Positions 28,487-39,120 are shown, counted from the stretch's first letter. The stretch is DNA of 39,832 nt from an uncultured bacterium (GCA_903875555.1 CAIQWN010000033.1:1-39832), one strand, 5' to 3'. Numbers and translations are program-made. Notes: generated from the sequence alone by a model not told the origin.

Positions 28487-30149
28487 TAAGATTAAATATC
28501 ATGATATAAATCCAGAAGATGTATTTCTGGATTCTTATAATGTTTCAGAAATGAACCTTCATCAAATGGAAGGATCTTTAGAGAAACCTTTACCTTATCA
28601 GACATCAGTTATTGTTTCATTTTTTGTTTTGATCCTATTGTTTTCTTTTTCTTATAGATTATTTAATTTACAAATTGTTCAAGGGAAGAATTATTTAGAA
28701 ATAGCAGATAAAAACCATTTAAAGAGTACTCCTATATTTGCGTTACGTGGAACTATTTCTGATATTAATGGTACTTTACTTGCTTTCAATGAAGGTGTAA
28801 CAGATGATAAAGAGGTACCGCTTAGAAAATATATTAACTTAGGTGGCTTTTCAAATATTTTAGGTTATGTTTCTTATCCTAAAAAAGATAAAGGTGGTTT
28901 TTTCTGGCAAAATGAATATATCGGCAAAGATGGTGTTGAGAAACAATATCAGCAAAAACTTCAAGGTAAATTAGGTGAAAGAATTATTGGTGTTAATGCT
29001 CGTAATGAAATAGAAATAGAAAATATAACTTCTCCAGCGGTGAATGGTGAGAATATTAAATTAACAATAGACGCAGGTGTTCAAAATAAACTTTACGAGT
29101 CAATAAAAAATTTAGCGAAAGACACACCTTTCTTGGCTGGATCTGGTGTAATTATGGATGTGGAGACAGGGGAAATATTAGCCATGACTACATATCCTGA
29201 ATATGATAGTAATTTAATGACTAATGCAAAAACTAAAGAAGAGTTTAATCAGATATCAGATGATTTACAGGATAAAAAACATAAATTTTTAAATAGGGCG
29301 GTTTCCGGTCTTTTTACACCTGGGTCTACCATTAAACCATTTATTGCTATTGCGGCTCTTATGGAAAAAGTTATTACCCCAGAGAAAGAAATTTTATCAA
29401 CAGGAGCTCTTGTTATAAAAAATAAATACGGAGGAGAAGATTCCGTTTTTAAAGATTGGAAAGCTCACGGATTAACAGATATGAGAAAGGCGATAGCAGA
29501 ATCGTCTGACGAGTATTTTTATCAGGTTGGTGGTGGTTATGAAAATCAAAAAGGTTTAGGTATTGAAAGGATAGATAGATACGCAAAGATGTTTGGTTTT
29601 ACTTCTGATTCTGGAATTGATTTACCAAACGAAAATTCTGGAATTATCCCAACACCAGAATGGAAGAAAAAAATTTTTAATGAAGACTGGAAACTCGGGG
29701 ATACTTATCATACATCAATTGGACAGTATGGTTTTCAAATTACACCAATTGAACTTGCTAAGGCTTATGCGTCTATTGCAAACGACGGATATTTTGTAAG
29801 TCCACATATTTTGTTAGATGATAATTTAAATAAAAAGATTTCTCTTAATTTAAATATAGATGATTTAAAAGTAGTTCAAGATGGGTTACGTCAAGGGGCA
29901 ACAATTGGAACAGGACAGGTTTTAAATATACCCGGGGTTAAGGTTGTAACAAAAACAGGAACAGCTGAGCTCGGTGTAAAGAAAGATTTCGTTAATTCTT
30001 GGATAGTTGGTTATTTTCCTTATGATAAACCAAAATATACTTTCGTGGTGATTATGGAAAAAGGACCCAAAACTTATGTCCATGGAGCCATATTTGCTAT
30101 GAAGGATGTACTTGAATATCTTCGCGACAACACAGAATATATGAAATAG
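28449..30149 (+). CDS. mrdA: Class B penicillin-binding protein 2
   Basis: LQIVQG, RGTI.D, STIK (SxxK), SSD, KTGT. Confidence 0.92.
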   Translation: MFSFRKILGLKNNKIKYHDINPEDVFLDSYNVSEMNLHQMEGSLEKPLPYQTSVIVSFFVLILLFSFSYRLFNLQIVQGKNYLEIADKNHLKSTPIFALRGTISDINGTLLAFNEGVTDDKEVPLRKYINLGGFSNILGYVSYPKKDKGGFFWQNEYIGKDGVEKQYQQKLQGKLGERIIGVNARNEIEIENITSPAVNGENIKLTIDAGVQNKLYESIKNLAKDTPFLAGSGVIMDVETGEILAMTTYPEYDSNLMTNAKTKEEFNQISDDLQDKKHKFLNRAVSGLFTPGSTIKPFIAIAALMEKVITPEKEILSTGALVIKNKYGGEDSVFKDWKAHGLTDMRKAIAESSDEYFYQVGGGYENQKGLGIERIDRYAKMFGFTSDSGIDLPNENSGIIPTPEWKKKIFNEDWKLGDTYHTSIGQYGFQITPIELAKAYASIANDGYFVSPHILLDDNLNKKISLNLNIDDLKVVQDGLRQGATIGTGQVLNIPGVKVVTKTGTAELGVKKDFVNSWIVGYFPYDKPKYTFVVIMEKGPKTYVHGAIFAMKDVLEYLRDNTEYMK

Positions 30150-30168
30150 TTTATGTTATAATTAATTT

Positions 30169-30552
30169 ATGTCTACAATTTTTACTAAAATTATAAACGG
30201 AGAATTACCTTCTTATAAAATTTATGAAGATGAAATAGCTGTTGTGTTTTTAGATATTAATCCATTACAAAAGGGTCAAGTATTACTTGTTCCAAGAAAA
30301 GAAATTGATTATATTTATGATTTAGATCCAGACACATATGCGAGTCTCTTAAAAAGAACTCAATATATTGCACAAATATTGAAATCAAAATTAAATTGTA
30401 AACGTGTTTGTATGATTGTTGAAGGTTATGAGGTTCCACATGCTCATATAAAATTGATCCCAACAAACAGTGGTGCTGATTTAGATGTAAAAAATATTTA
30501 TAGTGCTAGTAAAGAAGAATTAGAAGATATTCATAAACTTTTAAATTCATAA
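30169..30552 (+). CDS. HIT family nucleotide hydrolase
   Basis: TIFTKII.GELP, FLDINP, VPHAHIKLIP. Confidence 0.9.
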   Translation: MSTIFTKIINGELPSYKIYEDEIAVVFLDINPLQKGQVLLVPRKEIDYIYDLDPDTYASLLKRTQYIAQILKSKLNCKRVCMIVEGYEVPHAHIKLIPTNSGADLDVKNIYSASKEELEDIHKLLNS

Positions 30553-30554
30553 AT

Positions 30555-30911
30555 ATGATTCACCTACATATATTTTTACGTATTGTTGCAATTCTCGTAA
30601 CAAGTTATATAACCAAAGTTGGTGTTCCTATTTCTTTCTCTGTTCATACTTTATGGATTGCACTTGTGTCTGTGATTGTTATTGCAATAATTAATCACAC
30701 AATCAAACCTGTTCTTCATATTATTACTTTGCCGATTAATGCTTTAACTTTAGGACTCTTTTCATTTGTTATAAACGGTGCGATGATTTATTTAGCAAGT
30801 TTAATTGTTCCGGGATTTTATATTCCCAGTTTGATGATGGCAATTTTCTTTTCAATCGTTTTGTCTGCTGTAAACTTCGCTCTCCACATTTTTGGAATGA
30901 AGAGGGAGTAG
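30555..30911 (+). CDS. Four-TM 'phage holin family' (YvlD-like) membrane protein
   Basis: IKPVL.IITLPIN.LTLGLFSFVING motif. Confidence 0.85.
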   Translation: MIHLHIFLRIVAILVTSYITKVGVPISFSVHTLWIALVSVIVIAIINHTIKPVLHIITLPINALTLGLFSFVINGAMIYLASLIVPGFYIPSLMMAIFFSIVLSAVNFALHIFGMKRE

Positions 30912-30951
30912 TCGTGTTATAATATATTTATTAAAAATTAATTTAATAAAT

Positions 30952-32016
30952 ATGGAACCAAATTTAAATAATCAAGTTTCTCAAAAAGTTATTCCAACAA
31001 CAAAAGATGCAATTGTTTATATTGGTATACTTATTTCGCTTATTGTGAGTGTTTGGAATATTATTAATGTTGTATTTGAAGCTATTAATAAAGCTTTCCC
31101 TGACGCTCTAAATAATAATTACAATTATATTTATTCTTTTGATAGTTTACGATGGTCAATATCAATTCTTATTGTTATTTTTCCAATTTATATAATAATT
31201 TCACATGTTGCAGCGAGAGATATTGAAAAAGATCTTTCTAAAAAAGATTTAGGTATTCGTAAGTTTACTTTATTTGGCGCTCTATTTATTTCAGGTATTT
31301 CTATTATTGGTTCATTAATTACAACAATATATTTTTTCTTAGGAGGAGAGACATCTCCTAGATTTTTCTTAAAAGTTTTGTTTGTAATCCTTGTCTCTAT
31401 TATAATTTCTAGTTACTATTACTATTTAACAAAAAGAGATTACACACAAAAAAGTTTTATCCCAAATATGTTTGCAATAGTTTCAGTTGTTTTAGTTTTA
31501 GGTTCAGTTATTTGGAGTATTTCTATTATTGGAACTCCTTCTGATGTTCGAAAGCAAAAGTTAGATACACAAAGAGTGACGACTTTGACCGCTATCAGTA
31601 ATCAAGTGCTTACGGAATATAAAAATAACAGAGAGTTACCAAAATCATTAAGTGATATAAAAATTAAATTAGGTTATGGTACATCTGTTGTTGATCCTGT
31701 AACTAATGAAGAATATGAATATAAAGTTATAGACAATGGTTTATATGATAATTCAGCAACATTTGTAACAAATGTAACAAATGTTGCAAATTGCAATTAT
31801 TTACTATCTGGTTGTGAAGTTATACAAAAGCCTGCAATATTTAAGTTGTGTGCTAATTTTGAATCAAAAAGCGACACAATGAAAAATGTAAATAATTATT
31901 ATGATAATAGGAATAGTCAAATGAATGATCATGTTGTTGGTAGAAATTGTTACATTGGAACAATTACAGATAAAGTTTTCAAAGGAACAGAATATAATTT
32001 TATGACTAAGGAATAA
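30952..32016 (+). CDS. Multi-TM protein with pilin-like C-terminal domain (DUF5671-like)
   Basis: About five TM helices, FLGGE...FFLK, IGTP...R...D..R, LPKSL, DPVT...YEY, FKLCANF. Confidence 0.65.
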   Translation: MEPNLNNQVSQKVIPTTKDAIVYIGILISLIVSVWNIINVVFEAINKAFPDALNNNYNYIYSFDSLRWSISILIVIFPIYIIISHVAARDIEKDLSKKDLGIRKFTLFGALFISGISIIGSLITTIYFFLGGETSPRFFLKVLFVILVSIIISSYYYYLTKRDYTQKSFIPNMFAIVSVVLVLGSVIWSISIIGTPSDVRKQKLDTQRVTTLTAISNQVLTEYKNNRELPKSLSDIKIKLGYGTSVVDPVTNEEYEYKVIDNGLYDNSATFVTNVTNVANCNYLLSGCEVIQKPAIFKLCANFESKSDTMKNVNNYYDNRNSQMNDHVVGRNCYIGTITDKVFKGTEYNFMTKE

Positions 32017-32025
32017 TTATTTCTT

Positions 32026-32068
32026 AAATACAAAAATGAGTCGCCTATGGCGACTCATTTTTGTATTT
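32026..32068. terminator. 20-bp perfect hairpin
   Basis: aaatacaaaaatgagtcgcc-TAT-ggcgactcatttttgtattt. Confidence 0.75.
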
Positions 32069-32101
32069 TCTAATTCCTTATATTTTTGATATTATAAATA
32101 G

Positions 32102-35100
32102 ATGTCAGAATATAACTTTAAAGAAATAGAGAAGAAATGGAAAGAGAAATGGATTGCTGAAAAAATCTACAAAACTTCTACCGACAAAGACAAGAAAAAA
32201 ATGTACGTGCTTGATATGTTTCCTTTTCCGTCTGGTGACGGTCTTCATGTTGGTCATCCAAAAGGTTATATTGCTACAGATGTTTACTCAAGAATGAAAA
32301 AGATGCAAGGATATAATGTTCTTCATCCAATGGGTTGGGACACGTTTGGTCTTCCAACAGAAGAGTTTGCTATAAAAAATAAAATTCATCCTCGTGTAGC
32401 TTCAAACAATAATATTAAAAGATTCAAAGAACAGTTAGCTTTAATTGGTTTTAATTATGATTGGGAAAGAGAGATAAATACTGCAGATCCAGAATTTTAT
32501 AAATGGACACAGTGGACAATAAAACAAATGTTTAAAAAAGGTTTAATGTATGAGAGCAATGAACCAATAAATTGGTGTCCGTCTTGTAAAACAGGTTTAG
32601 CTAACGAAGACCTAGAAGATGGTAAATGTGAAAGATGTGGAAGTATTGTAGAAAAGAAACCAATTCGTCAGTGGGTAATTAAAATTACAGATTACGCAGA
32701 AAGATTGGTTAAAGACTTAGATCAATTAAACTGGCCAGAATCAATAAAAGAAAGTCAAAGAAATTGGATAGGAATATCTACTGGATCCGAAATTGATTTC
32801 GTCATTAAAAATTTTTCTGATGAATATAAATTTACAGTGTTTACAACTCGTACAGACACTATCTTTGGTTGTACTTATTGTGTGCTTGCACCAGAACACA
32901 AACTTGTAGAAAAATTATTACAAAAAAATGTTATAAAAAATCGTGAAGAGGTAGAAAAATATATAAAACAAACAGAACAAAAAACTGACATTGAAAGAGG
33001 TGGAATAGGCAGAGAAAAAACAGGGGTGCGTCTTAATTGGGTTAATGCAATTAATCCAGCAAATGGAGAAGAAGTTCCGGTTTATATTGCTGACTATGTT
33101 CTTCCAAATTATGGGACTGGTGCAATTATGGCAGTTCCAGCACATGATGATAGGGATTTTGAATTTGCAAATAAATTTAATATTCCAATAAAGGAAGTTG
33201 TTCGTCCGTATGTTATTGATCATGTAAATGTGCCAAGAGACGATAAACCAACCAAGACAAGAAGAAATGTGCATGCGATAGTATATGATCCAAAGAATAA
33301 GAAATATTTAATATTACGTAACAGTATTCATCATTGGGACACAGTTGTGATTGGTGGTGTTGAAGAAGGTGAAGATTTGATAGAGGCTGCGAAGAGAGAA
33401 TTAAAAGAAGAGACTGGATATGTTGATATTAAATTCAAACGAATATTAGGTAATCCTGTTCAAGCTGGATATTTTGCTCCACATAAAGATGAAAATAGAT
33501 TAGCTATTGCATCAGCGGTTTATTTTGAACTCGTAAGTGATAAGAGAGAAGACATAGCTATTGATGGTGAAAATGAAGGTAACGAAATTTTATGGATAGA
33601 TGAAAGTGATTTTGTTCCAGGAAAAATGATTAATTCAGAATTATCTTTTTGGCTTACCCGTCTAAAAAATGAAAATGATAACACTCATAAAGATGATGGG
33701 ATTTTGGTTAATTCAGGTGAGTACAATGGACTTTCAAGCTTAGACGCTAGAATAAAAATTACAGAAAAAATTGGAGGTAAAATTGTAAAGAAAACAAAAC
33801 TTCGTGATTGGGTTTTTGCACGTCAGCGTTATTGGGGTGAACCATTTCCTATAGTTTTTGATGAAAACCACAAACCATTTATTGTTGCTGATAGTGAACT
33901 ACCAGTTTTACTTCCTGATGTAGAAAATTATGTTCCAACGGGGACAGGTGAGTCACCGCTTGCTAATATAAAAGACTGGGTAGATATTTATGGATATATA
34001 AATAAAGATAATGAATTTATATCATGTGGAAAGAATGAAAAAGGAGCAAGGTTGTTTAAAAGAGAAACGAATACAATGCCAAACTGGGCTGGATCATCTT
34101 GGTATTATTTAAGATATATTGATCCACATAATGATAAGGTTTTAATTGATAAAGATAAAGAAAAAAAATGGTCACCTGTAGATTTTTATGTTGGTGGAGC
34201 AGAACATGCAACTAGACATTTAATCTATGCGCGTTTTTGGCATAAATTTCTTTTTGATATCGGCTTAGTAAATTACGAAGAACCATTTATGAGATTACAA
34301 AATGTTGGTCTAATTCAAGCGGAGGATGGTCGTAAGATGAGTAAACGTTGGGGGAATGTGGTGAATCCAGATGATGTTGTAAATGAATACGGAGCAGACG
34401 CACTTCGTCTTTATGAAATGTTTATGGGTTCATTTGATCAGTCGGCAGCTTGGAATACAAAAAATATTGCAGGAGTGTATAGATTTTTAGAAAGAGTTAA
34501 TAAATTATTAGACAAGGTTTATGGTGAAAAGACAAAACTTTTATTAAAGAGTATTGATCAAAAAAAATCCACAAATAATAAAACAGTAAAAAACAAAGAA
34601 GACGAGTATCTTCAAGAAGAAATATCGTTAATAGTTAATAAAATTAATTTTATTACTAGGGTTAGTGATTCTATTCAAAAAGAAGTATCATCAATTGTTA
34701 GTAAACTTAATTTTTTCTCAAAACAAAAAAAACAAGAAGAAAAAAATGAATTTGAAAGTGATGTTGATGAAGTTTTATTGAATCAAACTATAAAAAAAGT
34801 TAGTGAGGATATAGAAAATTTTAAATTTAATACAGCTATTTCTCAAATGATGATTTTGCTTAATAATTTTGAAGAAGTGAATAACATTTCTAAAAAAGAT
34901 TTTGAAAAGTTTATTTTGATACTCGCACCTTTTGCGCCGTTTATTACAGAAGAACTTTGGTCAAATCTTGGAAATAAAGAAAGTATACATTTGAACAATT
35001 GGCCAGTATTTAATGAGAATAAATTAATAAAAAATACTGTGATTTTGGCTGTTCAAATAAATGGAAAGCTTCGTGGGACTATTGAAATCAATATAGATTC

Positions 35101-35221
35101 TACACAAGATGAGGTTTTGGAAAAAATAAAAAAAGAAGAATTCTATATAAGAAATGTTGATAGTAAAGAGACAAAAAAGGTTATCTTTGTCAAAAATAAA
35201 CTCGTTAATGTCTTAATTTGA
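32102..35221 (+). CDS. leuS: Leucyl-tRNA synthetase with inserted Nudix domain
   Basis: HVGH, KMSKR, CP1 motifs FTTRTDT and GTGAIMAVPAHD; Nudix box at 33353-33421. Confidence 0.97.
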   Translation: MSEYNFKEIEKKWKEKWIAEKIYKTSTDKDKKKMYVLDMFPFPSGDGLHVGHPKGYIATDVYSRMKKMQGYNVLHPMGWDTFGLPTEEFAIKNKIHPRVASNNNIKRFKEQLALIGFNYDWEREINTADPEFYKWTQWTIKQMFKKGLMYESNEPINWCPSCKTGLANEDLEDGKCERCGSIVEKKPIRQWVIKITDYAERLVKDLDQLNWPESIKESQRNWIGISTGSEIDFVIKNFSDEYKFTVFTTRTDTIFGCTYCVLAPEHKLVEKLLQKNVIKNREEVEKYIKQTEQKTDIERGGIGREKTGVRLNWVNAINPANGEEVPVYIADYVLPNYGTGAIMAVPAHDDRDFEFANKFNIPIKEVVRPYVIDHVNVPRDDKPTKTRRNVHAIVYDPKNKKYLILRNSIHHWDTVVIGGVEEGEDLIEAAKRELKEETGYVDIKFKRILGNPVQAGYFAPHKDENRLAIASAVYFELVSDKREDIAIDGENEGNEILWIDESDFVPGKMINSELSFWLTRLKNENDNTHKDDGILVNSGEYNGLSSLDARIKITEKIGGKIVKKTKLRDWVFARQRYWGEPFPIVFDENHKPFIVADSELPVLLPDVENYVPTGTGESPLANIKDWVDIYGYINKDNEFISCGKNEKGARLFKRETNTMPNWAGSSWYYLRYIDPHNDKVLIDKDKEKKWSPVDFYVGGAEHATRHLIYARFWHKFLFDIGLVNYEEPFMRLQNVGLIQAEDGRKMSKRWGNVVNPDDVVNEYGADALRLYEMFMGSFDQSAAWNTKNIAGVYRFLERVNKLLDKVYGEKTKLLLKSIDQKKSTNNKTVKNKEDEYLQEEISLIVNKINFITRVSDSIQKEVSSIVSKLNFFSKQKKQEEKNEFESDVDEVLLNQTIKKVSEDIENFKFNTAISQMMILLNNFEEVNNISKKDFEKFILILAPFAPFITEELWSNLGNKESIHLNNWPVFNENKLIKNTVILAVQINGKLRGTIEINIDSTQDEVLEKIKKEEFYIRNVDSKETKKVIFVKNKLVNVLI

Positions 35222-35273
35222 CTCTTTTAACAAAGTATAGTAGTATAGTATCTATTAAACAAAACCATAAATT

Positions 35274-36305
35274 ATGTCAGTTATTACCTTTAAACCAAAA
35301 GCGGTTTCAACAAAACTGCTAACAACACTTAATCCACGAACACGTGAGATTATTGTTAATCGTTATGGTTTAAATAAACCAGATAGAATGACTCTTGAAT
35401 CAATTGGTAAGAATTATGGTATCACTCGTGAACGTGTTAGACAAATAGAAAATTTTGCATTAGCAACAATTAAAAAGTCAAAAGAATACAAAGACAATCT
35501 TTTTATATTTGATGAATTAAAGAAAGTAATTAAGGATTTAGGTTTAGTCGTATCAGAAGATCATTTAATGAAACATATTTCTAAGGATCCAGTTATTCAA
35601 AATCATATTAATTTATATCTTGCTCTTGGTGATAATTTTATAAAACATAAAGGTGACGATATTTTTCATCCACATTTTTCTGTAAATAAAGAAAATGCTG
35701 AGAATGTTCGTAATGCATTAAATGGTCTTTATGAATCGATCACACCGGAAGAATTAGTAAAGGAAGAAGAAATTTATGAACGCTTCTTGAAGCATTTAGG
35801 AGAAACTTTAAAAGAATATAAAAATAACAAAGAAGTTATTTATAGATATTTAGCGCTTTCTAAAGCTATAGGTAAGAATCAATTAAATGAATGGGGACAT
35901 ACATCTTCTCCACATATTAAAGCTCGTGGTATAAAAGATTATGCATATTTGATTATGAGAAAGAAAGGTGAACCAATGCACTTCAAAGATGTGGCTTCTG
36001 AGATAAACAAAATTTTTGGAAAAAAGGCGCACGTTGCTACTTGTCATAATGAACTAATTAAAGATGATAGGTTTGTTCTTGTTGGACGTGGTATGTACGG
36101 TTTAAAGGATTGGGGACATACAGGTGGTGTTGTTCGTGATGTTATCGAAACAGTTATGAAAGAAGAAAAAAGACCTCTAGGAAAAGATGAACTTGTTAAG
36201 TTGGTTCTTGCAAAGAGAATGGTAAAGCCTAACACTGTGATTGTTAATTTACAGAATAGTAAGGAGTTTAAAAAGAATAAAGACGGCCTTTGGTTATTAG
36301 CATAA
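35274..36305 (+). CDS. Sigma70 region-4-like HTH plus C-terminal winged-helix (HARE-HTH/RpoE-like) protein
   Basis: RYGL...TLESIG..YGITRERVRQIE; PMHF..V...I, HNELIKD.RFVLVGRGMYGL..W. Confidence 0.75.
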   Translation: MSVITFKPKAVSTKLLTTLNPRTREIIVNRYGLNKPDRMTLESIGKNYGITRERVRQIENFALATIKKSKEYKDNLFIFDELKKVIKDLGLVVSEDHLMKHISKDPVIQNHINLYLALGDNFIKHKGDDIFHPHFSVNKENAENVRNALNGLYESITPEELVKEEEIYERFLKHLGETLKEYKNNKEVIYRYLALSKAIGKNQLNEWGHTSSPHIKARGIKDYAYLIMRKKGEPMHFKDVASEINKIFGKKAHVATCHNELIKDDRFVLVGRGMYGLKDWGHTGGVVRDVIETVMKEEKRPLGKDELVKLVLAKRMVKPNTVIVNLQNSKEFKKNKDGLWLLA

Positions 36306-36426
36306 AAAAGTCATAAATCATCCCATCTACTTTGTCGCAACTTCATTTTTGTCAGTCGTCGTACAGTTGTACGTCTTCTTCCAAAAATTCGTTGCTTCGC
36401 GTATCTGGAATAATTTCTGACTTTTT
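36305..36426. repeat. Nested palindromic element, copy B
   Basis: Terminal inverted repeat aaaaagtca/tgacttttt, apex CGTAC-AGTT-GTACG; shares motifs with 4613-4720. Confidence 0.6.
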
Positions 36427-36447
36427 AAGTTTTGTGATTAAAGTAAT

Positions 36448-36476
36448 TTCAAACCGCGTCTACGACGCGGTTTGAA
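36448..36476. terminator. 13-bp hairpin, related to the 7401 family
   Basis: ttcaaaccgcgtc-TAC-gacgcggtttgaa. Confidence 0.6.
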
Positions 36477-36526
36477 TCTTTTACTCTCCACTTTCTACTC
36501 TCGACTTTCCTGCTATAATATATCTA

Positions 36527-38068
36527 ATGCAATCGCAATTTTTTATAGATTTAATTTTGATATTATTTTACTCGGGTATACTTTTTTTGTTAATGGTTTA
36601 TGTTTGGCGTTTTTGGATGCTGTATTTACATCAGAGATTTTTAAATGCTTTCAATAAAGATTCTATAATGCTCGAGATTAAACTTCCTCGTGATATTTTT
36701 AAATCTCCAGAAGCGATGGAAAACGTAATTCGTTCTATGTTTCAAGGTGGAGGTGTTGGACATGTTTACAAAAGACATTTTTTAGGTAATCTGCCAGTAT
36801 ATTTTTCTTTGGAAATTGCCTCACTTGAAGGAACGATACATTTTTATATTAGAATGCATAAAAAGTTTAGGCCTCTCGTTGAGTCAAATCTTTATGCGCA
36901 ATACCCAGGGATAGAAGTTACTCTTGCTAGTGATGATTATACAAAATTAGTTCATTATCATCACAAAAGTAAAGATTCAGGTATGTGGGGTATTACTTAT
37001 GGAACAGGAGAAAGTTGGACGCCGTTTGATCCAGAAACTAAACAGCCTTATAAAAAGAAAGACGGTAAAGATTATAAAATGAAAGCAGATTTTTTGCCGA
37101 TAAAAACTTATGTCGATTATAAATTAGATAAAGATCCAAAAGAAGAATATAAAATTGATCCATTAGTTCCATTGCTTGAATTTATGGGTCAAATGGGTAA
37201 AGGAGAATTCGTTTGGTATCAAATTATTATTCAAGACGAAGCAGGGACATTTAATGGTGATAAATTTCCTGAAACTTTTGTTAATGAGCAAACACATAAA
37301 CGATTTACTTTAAAAAAACTTGCAGAAGAAAGGAAAAACCAAATTCGTAAAGTTACAAAAATTAAAAAGGGATCGATTGTTTTTGATCAATACGGTAATG
37401 TTAAAAATGATATGAAAAAAGTTGGAGAAATCTTTGTTCCAACACCCCTTACTTATGCAGAAGATCAAGAAACAAAAATAAAAGAAAACGAATTAACTGT
37501 TGAAGAAAAAGATGAGATTGAATCTATAAATAAAAAAATGTCTAAACCAACAGGTCGTGCTGTTATTCGTTTGATGTATGTCGTAAAAAATGTAAATGGA
37601 AAAAATTCTTTTAATGGAGATCACGTTCAGCATATTTTGAGCATTATGCGTCCATTTAATGGCGGTGATAACAGTATAGGTATTAGAACAATATGTGCTC
37701 CGTACGAACAACCTTGGGAAGATTTAGGTGGAAGAAGAACTAAATGGAGACAAGAAGAAATGTTTGAGGCATACGTAGAAAGAGAAGGTTTTTATCCTCA
37801 TATTCCTCCTATAAAGACAAGAAAATTTTTGGAAAGCATGGAAGATATATATTTTTGGAGATTTTCTATGAGACATAGAAAGATTTGGCGTATGTTTTAT
37901 GAGGTTTTTCTTTATCCTTTTTCTCACCCTGAATCAAACGATATAAGTGTTCTGAATACGGAAGAACTCGCGACACTTTATCACTTCCCAGGACAAGTTG
38001 CTTCAGTGCCAACACTTCCTAGAATTGATTCTGCAAAGGCTGTAGCCCCAATGAATATCCCTAGATAG
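36527..38068 (+). CDS. Membrane-anchored hypothetical protein
   Basis: N-terminal TM; LEIKLP...KSP.AME, FSLEIAS, YAQYP..E, LNTEELATLYHFP. Confidence 0.75.
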   Translation: MQSQFFIDLILILFYSGILFLLMVYVWRFWMLYLHQRFLNAFNKDSIMLEIKLPRDIFKSPEAMENVIRSMFQGGGVGHVYKRHFLGNLPVYFSLEIASLEGTIHFYIRMHKKFRPLVESNLYAQYPGIEVTLASDDYTKLVHYHHKSKDSGMWGITYGTGESWTPFDPETKQPYKKKDGKDYKMKADFLPIKTYVDYKLDKDPKEEYKIDPLVPLLEFMGQMGKGEFVWYQIIIQDEAGTFNGDKFPETFVNEQTHKRFTLKKLAEERKNQIRKVTKIKKGSIVFDQYGNVKNDMKKVGEIFVPTPLTYAEDQETKIKENELTVEEKDEIESINKKMSKPTGRAVIRLMYVVKNVNGKNSFNGDHVQHILSIMRPFNGGDNSIGIRTICAPYEQPWEDLGGRRTKWRQEEMFEAYVEREGFYPHIPPIKTRKFLESMEDIYFWRFSMRHRKIWRMFYEVFLYPFSHPESNDISVLNTEELATLYHFPGQVASVPTLPRIDSAKAVAPMNIPR

Positions 38069-38112
38069 AGAGTTAGTTGTCAGTGTTTAATTTTGTTATA
38101 ATTATAATAACT

Positions 38113-39003
38113 ATGAAGAATTTTAAATACTTTTTTACTTTTCTGTTTCTTGTGGTATTTATTTATGGTTTTAACGTTGTAAAAAATGTTCCAAAAGATT
38201 TTCCACAAAACGAAACTTTTTTGATTGAAGAAAATGAAAGTTTAAAAAGTGTAAGTGTTCGTCTTGAACAAAAACATATCATAACTTCCGCTCTTTGGTT
38301 TCGAGTCTTTGTTTCTTTCGAAGGTAAAGATAGAAACATGCAAATTGGTTTTTATAAATTTAATGAACCAATCACTCTTGGTGCGGTTGCCAAAAGAATT
38401 TTCCAATCAGGTCCAGATCAACCGCTAATAAAAGTAACAATCCCAGAAGGAAATACAAATGAAGATATCGCAAAAAAAATAAATGAAGCATTACCAAATA
38501 TTTCTGCAAGGTCTTTCCTTGCAAAAATTTCAGAAATGAATGTTTATGGGAAACTGTTTCCAGAGACATACTTCTTACTTCCATCTTATGATGAAAACAG
38601 AATCATAAATAAAATGAATGAATTATTTGATAAAAAGTATTTAGAAAATTTTGGTAACGAAAATATTCCTGTTGTATTGAAAAACAAAGAAGATGTAATC
38701 ATTCTTGCTTCTATTATAGAAGGGGAAGCGAAAACTAAAGAAGATATGCAGATAGTATCAGGTATTCTTCAAAGAAGATTAAAAGAAGGTATGAGATTGC
38801 AGGTTGATGTGGCCACAGAAACTTATAAACAAAAAGGTTTACCAAGTAAACCTGTAAATAATCCGGGATTAAATTCTATTTATGCTGTATTTCATCCAAC
38901 TACAACAAATTATCTTTATTATCTAACTGGTCATGATGGAAATATGTATTACTCAAAAACTTTTGAAGAACACAAGAGGAATATTCAGAAATACCTGAGG
39001 TAG
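38113..39003 (+). CDS. mltG: Endolytic transglycosylase MltG
   Basis: VTIPEG, LFPETY, LASIIEGE, RL..GMRLQVD, GLP..PVNNPG, YLYY, F.EH. Confidence 0.93.
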   Translation: MKNFKYFFTFLFLVVFIYGFNVVKNVPKDFPQNETFLIEENESLKSVSVRLEQKHIITSALWFRVFVSFEGKDRNMQIGFYKFNEPITLGAVAKRIFQSGPDQPLIKVTIPEGNTNEDIAKKINEALPNISARSFLAKISEMNVYGKLFPETYFLLPSYDENRIINKMNELFDKKYLENFGNENIPVVLKNKEDVIILASIIEGEAKTKEDMQIVSGILQRRLKEGMRLQVDVATETYKQKGLPSKPVNNPGLNSIYAVFHPTTTNYLYYLTGHDGNMYYSKTFEEHKRNIQKYLR

Positions 39004-39120
39004 CCGTTGGTCGTTAGGAAGTTATTCGTTAGAAAGGTAAAAATTTTCAAAGAAAATTTTTGTGTTATACTTTATGCATCAAAAAGAATTTAACGACCAA
39101 CGAATAACTACCAACTAATT

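Noticed and set aside
30555-30911. Holin as evidence of a prophage
   Set aside because: This membrane family is common in non-phage contexts and no phage genes are nearby.
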